The notes under the pieces were generated by a model. The model was not told the origin of the DNA, searched no databases, and saw only the letters and a list, made by a program, of their open reading frames with translations. Below are positions 30,983 to 42,305 of a DNA stretch of 64,000 nt, piece after piece. The stretch is from positions 61,422-125,421 of the IMG/VR virus record IMGVR_UViG_3300021168_000016, one strand, 5' to 3'. The translations under genes and the position numbers were made by a program. This DNA is from a virus. Every line of letters starts with the position of its first letter. Position 1 is the first letter of the stretch.

Positions 30983-31240
30983 ATGGCAACAGCAGTTGAA
31001 GTACCAAAAGCAAAGAACACCATTCACACTCTTAACGAGTCAGGCGATACTCGCTTGATGTGGTCCGTTGACAACCCAGACGAAACAGCAGCCGCTAAGC
31101 TCATGTTTCAATCACTGAAGGCAAAGCATTTCATTGCCTATAAGGCGGAGGGGAAGGAAGGAAAGAAGGGAGAGATCATTCACGAGTTCGATCCTACCGC
31201 AGAACGAATCATCATGGTGCCACGACAGGTAGGAGGGTAA
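30983..31240 (+). CDS. Hypothetical phage protein
   Basis: AAGGAG RBS; GDTRLMW...FDPTAERIIMVPRQVGG, ending in GG. Confidence 0.6.
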   Translation: MATAVEVPKAKNTIHTLNESGDTRLMWSVDNPDETAAAKLMFQSLKAKHFIAYKAEGKEGKKGEIIHEFDPTAERIIMVPRQVGG

Positions 31241-31241
31241 C

Positions 31242-31850
31242 ATGCCCTATGCCTATACCAGCTCTAGCCAAAATATAGCTGTCTCTACCGGTGTTGCCTG
31301 TACAGGAGGGAACATGTACGGTAGCTGGCCATTTGATACAGGCACAGGAACAAATGTCACTACAGTCGCCCAGTTGGGTAACTGGCCCTTCATCTACATA
31401 CAGGAAGGACAACTAACCCAGCAAGGTATGACCCAAATAGCTATGCAGTATACTTACAACGATAGTCAACCGACACAAAAGGAGATTGCCCTTCGGATTG
31501 CCCAGCAAGAAGAAGAAAATGAGAGGTACAAGAAAGCACTTGAGCAGAAGCTAAAAGCTGAAGCTCGGGCTGATGAATTGCTTCTCTTGTTCTTGAATGA
31601 AGAACAGAAGAAGCAGTACAAAGAACTAGGCTACTTCGAAACTGAAGTGAACGATACCAGGTATCGTCTCCATAGAGGGAGAGCTGGGAACGTTTACAAG
31701 ATCGATTCAAAGGGGAAGCCTGTAGAACAGCTGTGCATCCATCCCAAAGAGTGGCTTCCTGACAGTGACAACGTGCTCGCTCAATTCCTGGCTCTAACAA
31801 CAGATCCAGTAGAGTTTGAGCGGACCGCCAACCATACGAGGTTAAGCTAA
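31242..31850 (+). CDS. Hypothetical phage protein
   Basis: Coupled to the previous ORF; coiled coil then LCIHP....P..D..LAQ.L.L..D...F...AN. Confidence 0.6.
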   Translation: MPYAYTSSSQNIAVSTGVACTGGNMYGSWPFDTGTGTNVTTVAQLGNWPFIYIQEGQLTQQGMTQIAMQYTYNDSQPTQKEIALRIAQQEEENERYKKALEQKLKAEARADELLLLFLNEEQKKQYKELGYFETEVNDTRYRLHRGRAGNVYKIDSKGKPVEQLCIHPKEWLPDSDNVLAQFLALTTDPVEFERTANHTRLS

Positions 31851-31901
31851 ATCCACGCTAAACCAACAGGGCGGGAGCATAAGCTCTCGCCCGGAGGATC
31901 T

Positions 31902-32408
31902 ATGAAAACAGCGATTGCAGTCCTGTCGTTAGCAGGTGCAGCGTTTGGGAATTCAATCAACATCAACGGAGTTGGAAGTGCAGTATCACTGAATAAGACG
32001 CCTTATGGATTAGATGTAGAGTTCTCATCGAGCAATCGAGGGAACCCACATTTCTATCTGGCGCTGTCGAGTGTGAATGAATCCTCTTTCACTGGAGGAT
32101 TCTCAGTAGCAATAGGAGACACAGAATATCGGATGGCATTGCCAGTGGCCGACTTGAAAGACAACATTCTGAGTGGGAACTTCACGGGATTCGAGTATCA
32201 AAGATTAGGTCCACGGGATTGGGTTTACTACGCGATTGCAGGGACATTCACAGAGGGAGTTAACTTCACAATACCCAATCAGCAAGCAACAGTCGATATC
32301 ACACAGTCTACATTCCTGGGACCAATCGTTATAGCGCCGGAGCCTTCGGCGCTGATGCTGATGGTCACTGGGATATTGGGAATGTTTGGGATAAGGAAGC
32401 GCCGTTAA
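31902..32408 (+). CDS. PEP-CTERM sorting-domain protein
   Basis: Signal peptide; C-terminal APEPSALMLMVTGILGMFGIRKRR. Confidence 0.85.
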   Translation: MKTAIAVLSLAGAAFGNSININGVGSAVSLNKTPYGLDVEFSSSNRGNPHFYLALSSVNESSFTGGFSVAIGDTEYRMALPVADLKDNILSGNFTGFEYQRLGPRDWVYYAIAGTFTEGVNFTIPNQQATVDITQSTFLGPIVIAPEPSALMLMVTGILGMFGIRKRR

Positions 32409-32420
32409 GTTACTTTAAAC

Positions 32421-32627
32421 GACGTCAGGTTGGCGGTGTTGACCTTGAATCGCCCATCGTGGTTGGGTGGTGGGTAGTTAACAGCACGGTAACGGTTCAG
32501 AAAACCGCCATTTAAGTTTGGGAAGTGTGGTGTAAGTAGGTCAGTAAACAGCATATAGCTGCTGGAGGGGTTCTGCAGGACGATTCCAGCACTGATTCGA
32601 ACACCTGACGTGTAAGCGTGCTTCCCA
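32421..32627 (+). ncRNA. Putative structured non-coding RNA(s)
   Basis: ORF-free; stems TGGCGGT/ACCGCCA (32431/32510), TGGGAAG/CTTCCCA (32519/32627), GCTGGA/TCCAGC, TCAGT/ACTGA, long-range ACGTCAGGT/ACCTGACGT. Confidence 0.5.
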
Positions 32628-33180
32628 ATTCATTAGGAGATCTGTTATGCATCCAGACAGTTTCGAATTCGGCTGTGCCATTTTCATAGTTTGTTTGGCG
32701 GGATTTATATACTTAACGTATCAGCAGGCAAGCCTTATGCGGTGGGGTATAGTAAATGTAATTACGATAATAATTTGGGTAGGCATGTGTGGGCTGATGC
32801 TATCTAGCCTGGGCTGGATCATCTGGCACCTAAACGATTACTACCCGCTAGCTAAGACAGTTCATCCACCCGATCATTGGTTCATGATTAGCCGACATTA
32901 GGAGATAATATATGGAGATGAGTAAACTGCTTCTTCTCCCACCGGACTTCTTTCCCATTGAAATAGAAGCATTTAGAGAGGATACAAAAGAAGTTGTCTG
33001 GACTACATTAGTAGAACGCCCGAAAGAAGATGAAGCTAGTCAGATACATGTTCCTCCTTTGAAGAAGATCCATGGAGTTCCTATAGGGATACGCATAAGT
33101 TATGCAAACGGTATCAAACACGAAGTCACTAGTGAAGAGAATGACAGTGAAGAACAGATTCGAGATTAAGGAGGATCAGA

Positions 33181-33429
33181 ATGCAACCTAAAGTTGACAG
33201 AAGGAAATTCCTCTCTATGTTCGCAGCAGGATCGGTTGGCATGTCTGTTGTAGATAAGGTCGATCTCTTAGCTGATATGTCGAAATGGGTATTGTCTCCC
33301 AGCAAGACGATATTCATTCCTCCACCTCTGTCTGAAATCCGATTCGACTACTTTGAAACTCCTGTGTATGGCAAATGGGAAGCCTGGCAACAGATACAGT
33401 GTGTCAGCATGATGTTCTACGCCAAATAA
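33181..33429 (+). CDS. Small protein with Tat-like leader
   Basis: DRRKFLSMFAAG. Confidence 0.5.
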   Translation: MQPKVDRRKFLSMFAAGSVGMSVVDKVDLLADMSKWVLSPSKTIFIPPPLSEIRFDYFETPVYGKWEAWQQIQCVSMMFYAK

Positions 33430-33432
33430 CCC

Positions 33433-33461
33433 TTGACATTGCGATTCGATTTCTGTAGAAT
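33433..33461 (+). promoter_or_regulatory. Sigma70 promoter
   Basis: TTGACA-17-TAGAAT upstream of AGGAG RBS and ATG 33484. Confidence 0.65.
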
Positions 33462-33902
33462 CGCTCTGTCAGGAGAGATATTCATGTCATACAGTAACGT
33501 TACTGTTAATCTTATTGGTGGCGCGAATGTCAGTTCAATTCTAACAACTTCTGACCTATCTAGTGCACAGACTTACATCCAAATGGTGGCGAAGAATGCA
33601 GGGATCTGGTTGCCTCTTGTGAACGCTACAAGCAGCTATCAAGTCTTTTATCCTACGTCCAGCATTCTGTCGATCACAGTAGGTTAGGAGAATTAAATTG
33701 GAAATCTATTGGTCACTCCTTATCTGTCTCCTCGGATTAGTTATTTACTTCATTACAGCTAACCCAGCCCCTCCTCCATCGACCCTGAATATGAAGTTTA
33801 ACGTAGTCGGTCTGCATATGTTCTGGGTAGGTCTATTTGTATTCTTGATGCAAGTTGGACCGACGATGACTGGCTTCGCTACTCATCGATAAGGGAGACA
33901 GA

Positions 33903-34055
33903 ATGTATCTGATTCTAATAGTTGTACTGATCTTGGTGCTCATTGGAGCTGTTCCTTCATGGCCACATAGTGCGGGATGGGGATATGGTCCTTCAGGAAT
34001 CGTAGGTCTTATCCTGATAATTGTTATCGTACTATTTCTAGTGGGCAGATTGTAA
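33903..34055 (+). CDS. DUF3309-family small membrane protein
   Basis: Translated by hand: MYLILIVVLILVLIGAVPSWPHSAGWGYGPSGIVGLILIIVIVLFLVGRL. Confidence 0.8.
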   Translation: MYLILIVVLILVLIGAVPSWPHSAGWGYGPSGIVGLILIIVIVLFLVGRL

Positions 34056-34201
34056 CATGGAGAAAGAAAAGAAATCTTATCCTGAACATAAGAATGCAGG
34101 GGATTTGGTTAATCCCAATGCTCCTGTCGACGGGAAAGATCAAGCAGCTGGTAAGAAGCAATACCCAGAAAAAGATGACGGTATAAAGAAACCAGTATGA
34201 A

Positions 34202-34450
34202 ATGGGAGTACTTAGAGATCAACTAACCGCTAGGCGCCAGCTTCGCGAGCAGCAGGTAATTGAATTACTACTACAAGGCTGCGAAGACTCAGAAATAGCC
34301 AGTCAACTACACGTAGCAAAAAGAACAATCAAGATGAACATGAATGTGTTGTTCCGCCGATTCAAAATCTCCGGCGGAATCAAGCGTGTGAAACTTGCAG
34401 TTATCCTGTATCGAATACAGGTAAGGCAGAACGCTACTCCGCCAGTTTAA
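34202..34450 (+). CDS. LuxR-type HTH regulator
   Basis: REQQVIELLLQG...EIASQLHVAKRTIK.....LFRR. Confidence 0.8.
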   Translation: MGVLRDQLTARRQLREQQVIELLLQGCEDSEIASQLHVAKRTIKMNMNVLFRRFKISGGIKRVKLAVILYRIQVRQNATPPV

Positions 34451-35567
34451 ATCTTACTGGGATCCGGTTCACGCCCATCATGGTATCGAGTATCATATAC
34501 CTTCCCAGTAGATTGTGGTTTAGGCGGAGTGTTAGGAGTAACGTCCTGCTGTGCATCCGCAGGATTCTTATGCGATGATGGATTCGGTCTGCCATCATTT
34601 CCCTGCTGTGTAGGATGTACCTGCTTGTCTTGCTTAGCCTGATCTGGATGCGGGATAACAGGTGCTGCGTTCGTATTAGATGTGATATCTACTTTCCTAG
34701 TTCCTGCCATTGTAGTAACCTCCAAGGATATTTTAATGAGACTGGCAGAAAAGTCAATAGGAGAATGTATGAAAATCAGAGTGGTAATGATGATGGTCTG
34801 TGCTGGAGCAGATAGGCCCACCGGTCATAAGTGTTCTATCTGCGAATGTGATCTGGCTGTTTCACCTGCCGGACTGGAGAAGATGGAACAAAGTAAAGTT
34901 CATCTCTTCTGTAATCCATGCGGACTTGAATGCTCAAAAGCTCTTGAAGAAGCAGGAGTCCTCCAAGGAGTAGGGTTGAATCCGAGAGCACTTGAGAAGC
35001 TAAAGAATGGGGAGAAGGGTCCTGTAGCAGATTGGGTACGAAAACATTACAAGGAGGAGAACTGATGAAATCAAAGATGGATATTTCTACATTCCCAAAG
35101 AATGATCTAGTCGAACACGGACTAGAATGGCGTGGGATCGACACACCTTGTACTAAGTGTGGAGGTACGGGATACGTTGTCTACGGGTCAACAGCCACCT
35201 TTTGGGGTGGGATAGGCGGTCAAGCTATGACTAAAGATGTTTGTAATAAGTGCTGGGGAAGTGGAGATATGCACCGCCCTTGGCCTTCACACAAAGAATT
35301 TAGTATACTTAAACAACAGGAGAAAAAGAAGACATAACATGTCCTACGATAAGGATGAAATCAAAAGGCTAGTAGTCCAAACAATAATGCGGCTTGAAAC
35401 CTCGGGCCTAACCTATGAGGAAGGAATAATTGTACTGAAAACTGCATTGGAGGTACTGGATAAGATAGGAACTCAATTCAACGATGTTGAGGCAGCTAAC
35501 AACTTCCTTGATTTCTACATCGATACGCTAATAAAGGAGGTAGCATGAGCATGAAAGAAAATTATCC

Positions 35568-35596
35568 TTGACCTTTATTAAGTAGCGGTATATAAT
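35568..35596 (+). promoter_or_regulatory. Sigma70 promoter containing the conserved AGTAGCGGTATATA motif
   Basis: TTGACC-17-TATAAT. Confidence 0.75.
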
Positions 35597-35599
35597 AAT

Positions 35600-35914
35600 G
35601 TGATGCTTATAACAGAAAAGCAGCTTTCCCACCGCCTGGAAATTACACTTCCTTCCCTTAATAGGTGGAGGAAGGCAGGCAACCTGCCGTTCCACACAAT
35701 TAAACTTCCTGAACATAAGCTAAAGAATTCAATCCTTTATGACGTCGAGGAGGTAAGGCAGTGGCTCCTTGCCTCCAGACCGTTGTTAGTAAAGAAACTA
35801 ATGGAGAATGTCTGTGGCTGCAAACACTGTCAAGAAGGAAGAATTGACATCCTCCCAGAGGATTTTCATCGCCGCGTTGAGGCAGATACTACCAACCCTC
35901 CGCCAACAGCCTGA
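35600..35914 (+). CDS. MerR/excisionase-like HTH protein
   Basis: LITEKQLSHRLEITLPSLNRWRKAGNLPF...ILYDVEEVRQWL. Confidence 0.7.
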   Translation: MMLITEKQLSHRLEITLPSLNRWRKAGNLPFHTIKLPEHKLKNSILYDVEEVRQWLLASRPLLVKKLMENVCGCKHCQEGRIDILPEDFHRRVEADTTNPPPTA

Positions 35915-36385
35915 CAATAGGATAGCTGAAAGAATAGGATATCAGAAACTCCAAGATGTTTGTGATGATCTATTTGGATTTATTGATTCATCCGTTGAAG
36001 GTACTCTTACTCAAAATGAGTATTTCGCTTTAGCCTGTCAAGTTCTAAAGTGTCTTTCTAATTACTTAACGACTGTCATGCAAATCCCAAGCACTATAAA
36101 TACGATTCCGGCTCAAATGGGTCTATTGGAATGGGCTGTGGATCAGGCATACCCAGGATATGCATCTGCTAGGATGCTCAAATGGACAATCAAACCGAGG
36201 TGATATATGTTTGCTCTTCGCGAAAGAGAGGAACAGGTGTGGTATGTTCAAGCACAGATTCAAGCACATCCTCAATACATACCGCTATTCAGCACTCAAC
36301 AGGATGCTGAGGATTTTCGTAGAAATTATATCGTAGAGTATTTACGATATGAAATAGTTGAAGTTGGTTATCTGAAGGAAGTCTA

Positions 36386-37249
36386 ATGGATCTTAGACGC
36401 CTATTCGATCGGCACCAGATTCCTTGGAAAGACACGGGTCCCAACACCCACAGAGGCAACGTGAATATTCGTTGTCCTTGGTGTCCGGATGATCCATCAT
36501 TCCATCTGGCTGTATCAGATCACTCGAACGAATTCTATTGCTTTAGGAATCCAAAACATGCTGGGAACAACCTTGGTAGGATCTTCTACGCTCTTAAGAT
36601 ACCGTCATCTGAGTGGCGGGATTACAAGTTTACGACCGTTGAGAGAGTATACATTGCTGACGGCAGAGATTACAGTGCATTCCGATACTTTCTTCCGGCA
36701 TCCGAATCCCCTGAAGCCATTGATTACCTCTACGCAAGATTATTTGAACGCCCGTTGGAGATATGCCAGCAATTCAACCTTAAAGTCGCGAAAGAAGGGG
36801 AATGGGCGGGCAGGTTAATCGTTCCTTTAACCATAGGATGGCTGGGCAGATCTATGAGATCTCACCTGCTTTTAAGGTACAAGGCCCATACTAGTGCCGA
36901 TGGTTTCTTTAAGTATTCTCACGGTGGTACGTCTGTGCTTGTGCTTGAAGGCAGTATCGACTGTATGCGATGTGCTTCTGTTTCATCACAGTACGATGTC
37001 GTGGGCAAGTGTGGCAACAGGCTATCAGCTGCCCTACTTGATTACTTGAAGTCAAAAGATTACGTCACAATCTATAACAGTCCGGATTCAACTGTACCAT
37101 TCCTGCAGTATTTCGAGGAGACGAAGATCCTTCGAAGCTACTGTACTAAATCACGTGTAGTAAGAACTTCTATGCCGGAAGGCGAAGGAAAAGACTATGG
37201 CGCAACAACTGAGTCAGCTACAAGGAGACTCCTTTCGAGTCTTGCTTAA
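36386..37249 (+). CDS. DNA primase (zinc finger + TOPRIM)
   Basis: CPWC.DD...H...FYCFR zinc domain; RLIVP; VLVLEGSIDCM TOPRIM motif. Confidence 0.8.
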   Translation: MDLRRLFDRHQIPWKDTGPNTHRGNVNIRCPWCPDDPSFHLAVSDHSNEFYCFRNPKHAGNNLGRIFYALKIPSSEWRDYKFTTVERVYIADGRDYSAFRYFLPASESPEAIDYLYARLFERPLEICQQFNLKVAKEGEWAGRLIVPLTIGWLGRSMRSHLLLRYKAHTSADGFFKYSHGGTSVLVLEGSIDCMRCASVSSQYDVVGKCGNRLSAALLDYLKSKDYVTIYNSPDSTVPFLQYFEETKILRSYCTKSRVVRTSMPEGEGKDYGATTESATRRLLSSLA

Positions 37250-37782
37250 GAAGATAGTAGATAAGTATGTTGACGAATATGGCTTTATGGCTGTCAACGC
37301 AGTATTCAAACATGGACAGCTATTTCTTAAAGTACAGGACATGGAAAGCTGTGAGGAATGCCGCCTTGTCCATAACGAACTCGTCAAGCAGGGATACAAA
37401 GAGATTAAGAATCAGGAGCAGTATGATGAAGCTGTAAAGAAGCATGGGATCCCAAAAGCATTTACTTCAAAGCCAGAGGAGAAATTCGATGCCTAAAGCC
37501 TCCGGAATTGTACCAGTTGATAACTGGAAAGAGGTAGTAAACACCTACCTGAAAATAGATGGATATGTAATCCATGGGACTACCGAAAAGTTTGAAATCG
37601 GTGTGATACTATGTGATCGCATGACCGATGTACCATGGAAGATTATCGGTGAGGCTACCTATGAAGATGCAGTACGTCAGTTTAAAATCTTAGCTTCAAT
37701 GGCTAGAATGGATGAAGACGTAGTTCTACCTCCACCAAATTACTTATACTACAAAACAGTACCGGCTGACTGAAAGGACCTT

Positions 37783-38319
37783 ATGCCTGAATTCTCTGTA
37801 CTATTGTCTGAGTGGGACAAACCGGGTAACCCTTTCAAAGGATTTGCTGCGGCTTACGTTCGAAAGCATCAATGGCGTGTACTCTACTTGCTGGGTGGCG
37901 ACATAGAAGACGCAATGGCTGAATGTGAATTGTTCTGGGTACAAGTTTGTAAGTTCTATCCTGCTATTACTGAGCCTGCATCGATGATGCACATGTACAA
38001 ATTGTGGATTTCAGGACAGTTCAACGATTACTCAACGAAGGATACGCGAAGTCGTAACACAATGGAAGTCCTCTCTCGTGGAGATCTATCTATAAACTCA
38101 GAAGGAGATCTTGCTGTTAAGTTAGACGAAGCCAGTTCTGACTTAAAGCAAGTGCTGAACATCTTTATGAATGCTCCTCAGGAGATTATAGATGTGATAA
38201 AGCAGGATACCAAAGGGTGGACGACAAAGCTGTTTATAAAAAAAATCCTCATGCACCTCAATCTGAACCCAAAGAAAACGGATTCAATAATTAACGAACT
38301 GAAGGAGATCTTGTCATGA
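37783..38319 (+). CDS. Possible phage sigma-factor-like protein
   Basis: DIEDAMAECELFW resembles sigma region 2; weak. Confidence 0.35.
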   Translation: MPEFSVLLSEWDKPGNPFKGFAAAYVRKHQWRVLYLLGGDIEDAMAECELFWVQVCKFYPAITEPASMMHMYKLWISGQFNDYSTKDTRSRNTMEVLSRGDLSINSEGDLAVKLDEASSDLKQVLNIFMNAPQEIIDVIKQDTKGWTTKLFIKKILMHLNLNPKKTDSIINELKEILS

Positions 38320-38801
38320 CAATAGACCAGGTTTGGTCTGCAATCAGGAGAGTTGCTGAAAGTGAAGACGATAGAGATAGCTGCAAACTCTCTAAAACAG
38401 CATGTAAACTTCTTCTAGAAGAACGTAACGTTATAAGGCAGCTGCTACAACAGGGGGTGTACAGTGAAACTAAGTGAAGCAATTCGGTTGGGAAGTATGA
38501 TCAAACCTCAAGCCTTTGGATCCTTCTTTACTGCTTCTGGAAGCTGTGCTTTAGGAGCAGCAATGGATGCTACTAATATGACTAGCGACGCCTTCATTGG
38601 GCCTACATGGCCTTGGCTACAACAACAGGACCGTCAATGCCCGGTATGTTCGTGCGTACGGATGGTCTGCAGAACTGACGCTATGATAGTCCATCTAAAT
38701 GATGAACATGAATGGACACGGGAAGCAATTGCTGACTGGGTAGAGACAATTGAGCCAGCGGAAGTCGTGAAAGAAGAGAAGAAAGAAGTATTAGAGGAGA
38801 T

Positions 38802-39503
38802 ATGTGTGTGAAGCCTGAGAAGCCTCTCGGTAGAAAGAACTACGGCAGTATAGGACATCTTCCTAATAGCAGGATCGGTCCGGGAGATCATCACGTCCAC
38901 GCAGGACAAGCTGTGATCTGCTGCAGTAAGGCTCGTGATAAGCATGACAGAATCATTGTCACAGAGAAACTCGATGGGTCTAACTGCGGAGTTGCTCTAA
39001 TCAATAACGAGATTGTCGCTCTAGGTAGAGCAGGTTACCTTGCGTCCACATCTAAGTATGAGCAGCATCAACTCTTTGCTCATTGGGTGAGAGAGAATGA
39101 GCCTAGATTTAAACTTCTTCTTCATGAAGGAGAAAGGGTTGTGGGAGAGTGGCTTGCGCAGGCACATGGAACTCGATACAATTTAATCCATGAGCCGTTT
39201 GTGATCTTTGATATAATGACTGAAAGTGATCGTACTCCTTGGGATACTGTTGTAGCAAGATGCAAAAACTTTGAATTTACAACGCCTCATGTACTGAGTG
39301 ATGGACCTCCCTTTCCTATATCCCAGTTAGAATCTCAACAGTCCTATCATGGAGCAATCGATACAGTTGAAGGAGCCGTCTGGCGCGTAGAAAGACAAGG
39401 TGAATTTGACTTCATGGCAAAGTGGGTTCGTCCTGATAAGGAAGATGGTAAATATCTTTCTGAAATAAGCTTACAGGAAGACGTCTGGAACTGGAGGCCG
39501 TAG
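38802..39503 (+). CDS. RNA ligase (nucleotidyltransferase superfamily)
   Basis: TEKLDGSN motif I, GEW, FVIFDI, EGAVWR, MAKWVR. Confidence 0.85.
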   Translation: MCVKPEKPLGRKNYGSIGHLPNSRIGPGDHHVHAGQAVICCSKARDKHDRIIVTEKLDGSNCGVALINNEIVALGRAGYLASTSKYEQHQLFAHWVRENEPRFKLLLHEGERVVGEWLAQAHGTRYNLIHEPFVIFDIMTESDRTPWDTVVARCKNFEFTTPHVLSDGPPFPISQLESQQSYHGAIDTVEGAVWRVERQGEFDFMAKWVRPDKEDGKYLSEISLQEDVWNWRP

Positions 39504-40082
39504 TGAACAAACAAGAATACGAAGCTAAGTTTCACGCCAATGAAAAGATAACTGGATATGGTAGTGAAGTCACTATGCATATGCCATGTCCATTCTGCGC
39601 AGAGCCTGACTTCATTACTCACAGAGTTATTGATAGTGAAGAAGCCTATGAGAAAGGTGCTGTCTGTAAGTATTGTAAACGAGGCGCGAAAGCTATCTTC
39701 AAACATACTGCGGGTGGAGTTGAATTTGAATTTGTGCAGACAGTCGGTGATCCTATCCCTGATTACCTACCACCTATGAGGAGAGTAGAATGAAAAGATT
39801 CTTTGCTAAGGATCACGAAGGAAGAAAGATATATATGGCAGAGACAGATAAAGTCTCTCAGAACAGAGAGGCTATGGATCAATTACTGCTACTGATTGGA
39901 GACTACATGGAATGGAACGGAGATATCTCACATGTATTTGTTTCCAATGAGAGCCAGCTTAGCGACTTTGGTTTAGATGACGCTGAGGTTAAGCAGCTAT
40001 CAGACAGACTGGAGTTCACAGTTACGCAGCAAGACTACCTAGTAGATATTGCCATTCGAATGAAGCCGTATTAGGGTTTAGC

Positions 40083-40097
40083 AGTAGCGGTATATAT
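40083..40097 (+). promoter_or_regulatory. Conserved promoter motif AGTAGCGGTATATAT
   Basis: Third copy, upstream of the queC RBS. Confidence 0.65.
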
Positions 40098-40112
40098 TAC
40101 TAAGGAGGGAAT

Positions 40113-40823
40113 ATGAAAAAGGCTTTAGTGGTATTATCCGGTGGGCAAGATTCAACGACCTGCCTTTACTGGGCAAAGAAAGAATTTGAAGAAGTTGCTG
40201 CTATAACATTTAACTATGGGCAGAAGCATATTGCAGAAATCGACGCTGCTTTGAAGATAGCCAACCTAGCTCAAGTAGACCTCGAAATAATTGACGTTCC
40301 TGATATCCTAAAGAGTAGCTCTCCTCTTACGGATCCTACAGTAGAACTTGAGACCTATAGTAACTACAATGAGATGGAAAAGATTATTGGAGACCGAGTT
40401 GAATTAACTTTCGTCCCCATGCGAAATGCTTTCTTCCTAACAGTAGCGGCCAACCGAGCAGTCTATGCTGACTGTCTTAATCTCGTGACTGGCGTCTGTA
40501 GTATGGACGGCACGAACTACCCGGATTGCCGTCCCGGTTTCATCAACAAGCAAGAAGAGACCATCAACCTCGCTCTCGGATATGAAAATAAGATTGTCTT
40601 TAGAATTCATACGCCGTTGATTGACTCAACTAAAGCAGAGACTGTTAAGTTGTCTAAATCACTTCCGGGTTGCTGGCAAGCCCTTGCTTATAGTCACACA
40701 TGCTATGCTGGTAAAGTGCCTCCATGCGGCACCTGTCACGCATGTACATTGAGGGCTGAAGGATTTAAACAAGCCGGATTAAAAGATCCACTGATTGAAA
40801 GGTTTGAGAAGGTTAGTCAATGA
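40113..40823 (+). CDS. queC: 7-cyano-7-deazaguanine synthase
   Basis: SGGQDSTTC, YGQKH, TFVPMRN, YPDCRP, CYAG..PPCGTCHAC..R. Confidence 0.95.
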   Translation: MKKALVVLSGGQDSTTCLYWAKKEFEEVAAITFNYGQKHIAEIDAALKIANLAQVDLEIIDVPDILKSSSPLTDPTVELETYSNYNEMEKIIGDRVELTFVPMRNAFFLTVAANRAVYADCLNLVTGVCSMDGTNYPDCRPGFINKQEETINLALGYENKIVFRIHTPLIDSTKAETVKLSKSLPGCWQALAYSHTCYAGKVPPCGTCHACTLRAEGFKQAGLKDPLIERFEKVSQ

Positions 40824-41306
40824 AAACGATCTTTCAAAGCTTCTTTGAATGTGTTAGACTACAGGGATTCAAAGTACAGGATCAGTCACAGACTGATGAG
40901 GAGTATATACGGGCATTCTGCTGGGCTATAGCAAAAATCCCAGCTGATATGTACAATTTACTTCCATCGGCTGCGCATACTTGGTATAGTAATACAGCCC
41001 GCTATATTAACAACAAGCGGGAATATGAAACCTGGCCAAAGTGTGAGGGGTTCGTAAGCATACATCCAGCACCGCCCCCGCCACGTCTGTTTCCGCCGCC
41101 TCAGAAGAAGAAACGAGTTGGCCCTAAGTACAGCAAGTTTAAAGGAGTAATACAGGAGATTCAGAAGATGGTTATGTTACATCCTGACTGGCCAGCGAGG
41201 ACTATCCACAAATACCTCGATGCAGCAGGCTTTTCTGGTCTAAGCTTTGATGTAGTATCTGTTACATGTTCTGAAGTACGTGCTATGATGTACCTAGCAC
41301 AAGAAC

Positions 41307-42029
41307 TTGGCTTCTGGCGACCGGTATCTATATATGAGAAAGAGATCCCACTTGATCCGACCGAAGTCCCTAAAGAAAAGCAGCAGATTTGAAGTTAATC
41401 TTTTAGAGGAGCAACTTCGAGAGGTTCTGTACTTTAGCGAAAAGCCATCACGTGAGATGGCTTTAGCGGCGGTGAGTATTCTTCTTGGCTATATTGGAGA
41501 AGATCCAAACAGAGAGGGTTTGTTAAAGACACCTGAACGGGTGGTGAGGGCCCTTGAGTCAGAATGGTGTATTGGGTACAACAGAAAGTATATTCAACAG
41601 CAGACATTATCTATCCTTGGAGCACAGTTTGCAGATGGTGCAGAGAATTATGATACGATGATTGTCGTAAAGGATATTTCCTTCCATTCGATGTGCGAAC
41701 ATCACATGGCTTTGTTTAGCGGCATTGTAAGCATTGGCTATATCCCATCGCAAGGAGGACGTATACTAGGGTTGTCTAAGCTAGCTAGGATAGTCAATAT
41801 GTTCTCCCGGCGCTTGCAGGTGCAGGAGAGGCTAACCACACAGATTGCAGACTTCATTAACATTCACTGTAAGCCACTCGGCGTAGGCGTCATTGTACGA
41901 GCTAAGCACTCATGTATGGGTTCACGTGGTGTCCACCAGCCTAACTCAGAGGCTGTTACATCAGCACTACGCGGACAGATGTTAGATCAACAGGACGTCC
42001 GCCAAGAATTCCTTTCCCTTGTGAGGTAA
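41307..42029 (+). CDS. folE: GTP cyclohydrolase I (true start probably downstream)
   Basis: REGLLKTPERV, SMCEHH, GLSKLAR, RRLQVQERLT, HSCMGSRGV. Confidence 0.95.
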   Translation: MASGDRYLYMRKRSHLIRPKSLKKSSRFEVNLLEEQLREVLYFSEKPSREMALAAVSILLGYIGEDPNREGLLKTPERVVRALESEWCIGYNRKYIQQQTLSILGAQFADGAENYDTMIVVKDISFHSMCEHHMALFSGIVSIGYIPSQGGRILGLSKLARIVNMFSRRLQVQERLTTQIADFINIHCKPLGVGVIVRAKHSCMGSRGVHQPNSEAVTSALRGQMLDQQDVRQEFLSLVR

Positions 42030-42305
42030 AATCATGAAAAAGAGATACATCGAAGAACAGTGGAACGAGTTCCGTAGGAGCGTTCTATCGAAAGACGCTC
42101 CTCAGATTCAAATAGATGAGATGCGGAAAGCCTTCTTCGCTGGAGTAGTAGCATTATTCGGCCATGTGCTGGGTAACCTTTCTGAAGGCAATGATGTTAA
42201 AGAGCAGGATCTACAAATGATGGCTAGCATCCATGAGGAGCTCGAGGAATTCAGAGATGAAATAGCTGTAATCATTGCATCTCAATCCAGGAAAGTAGGA
42301 AAGAC

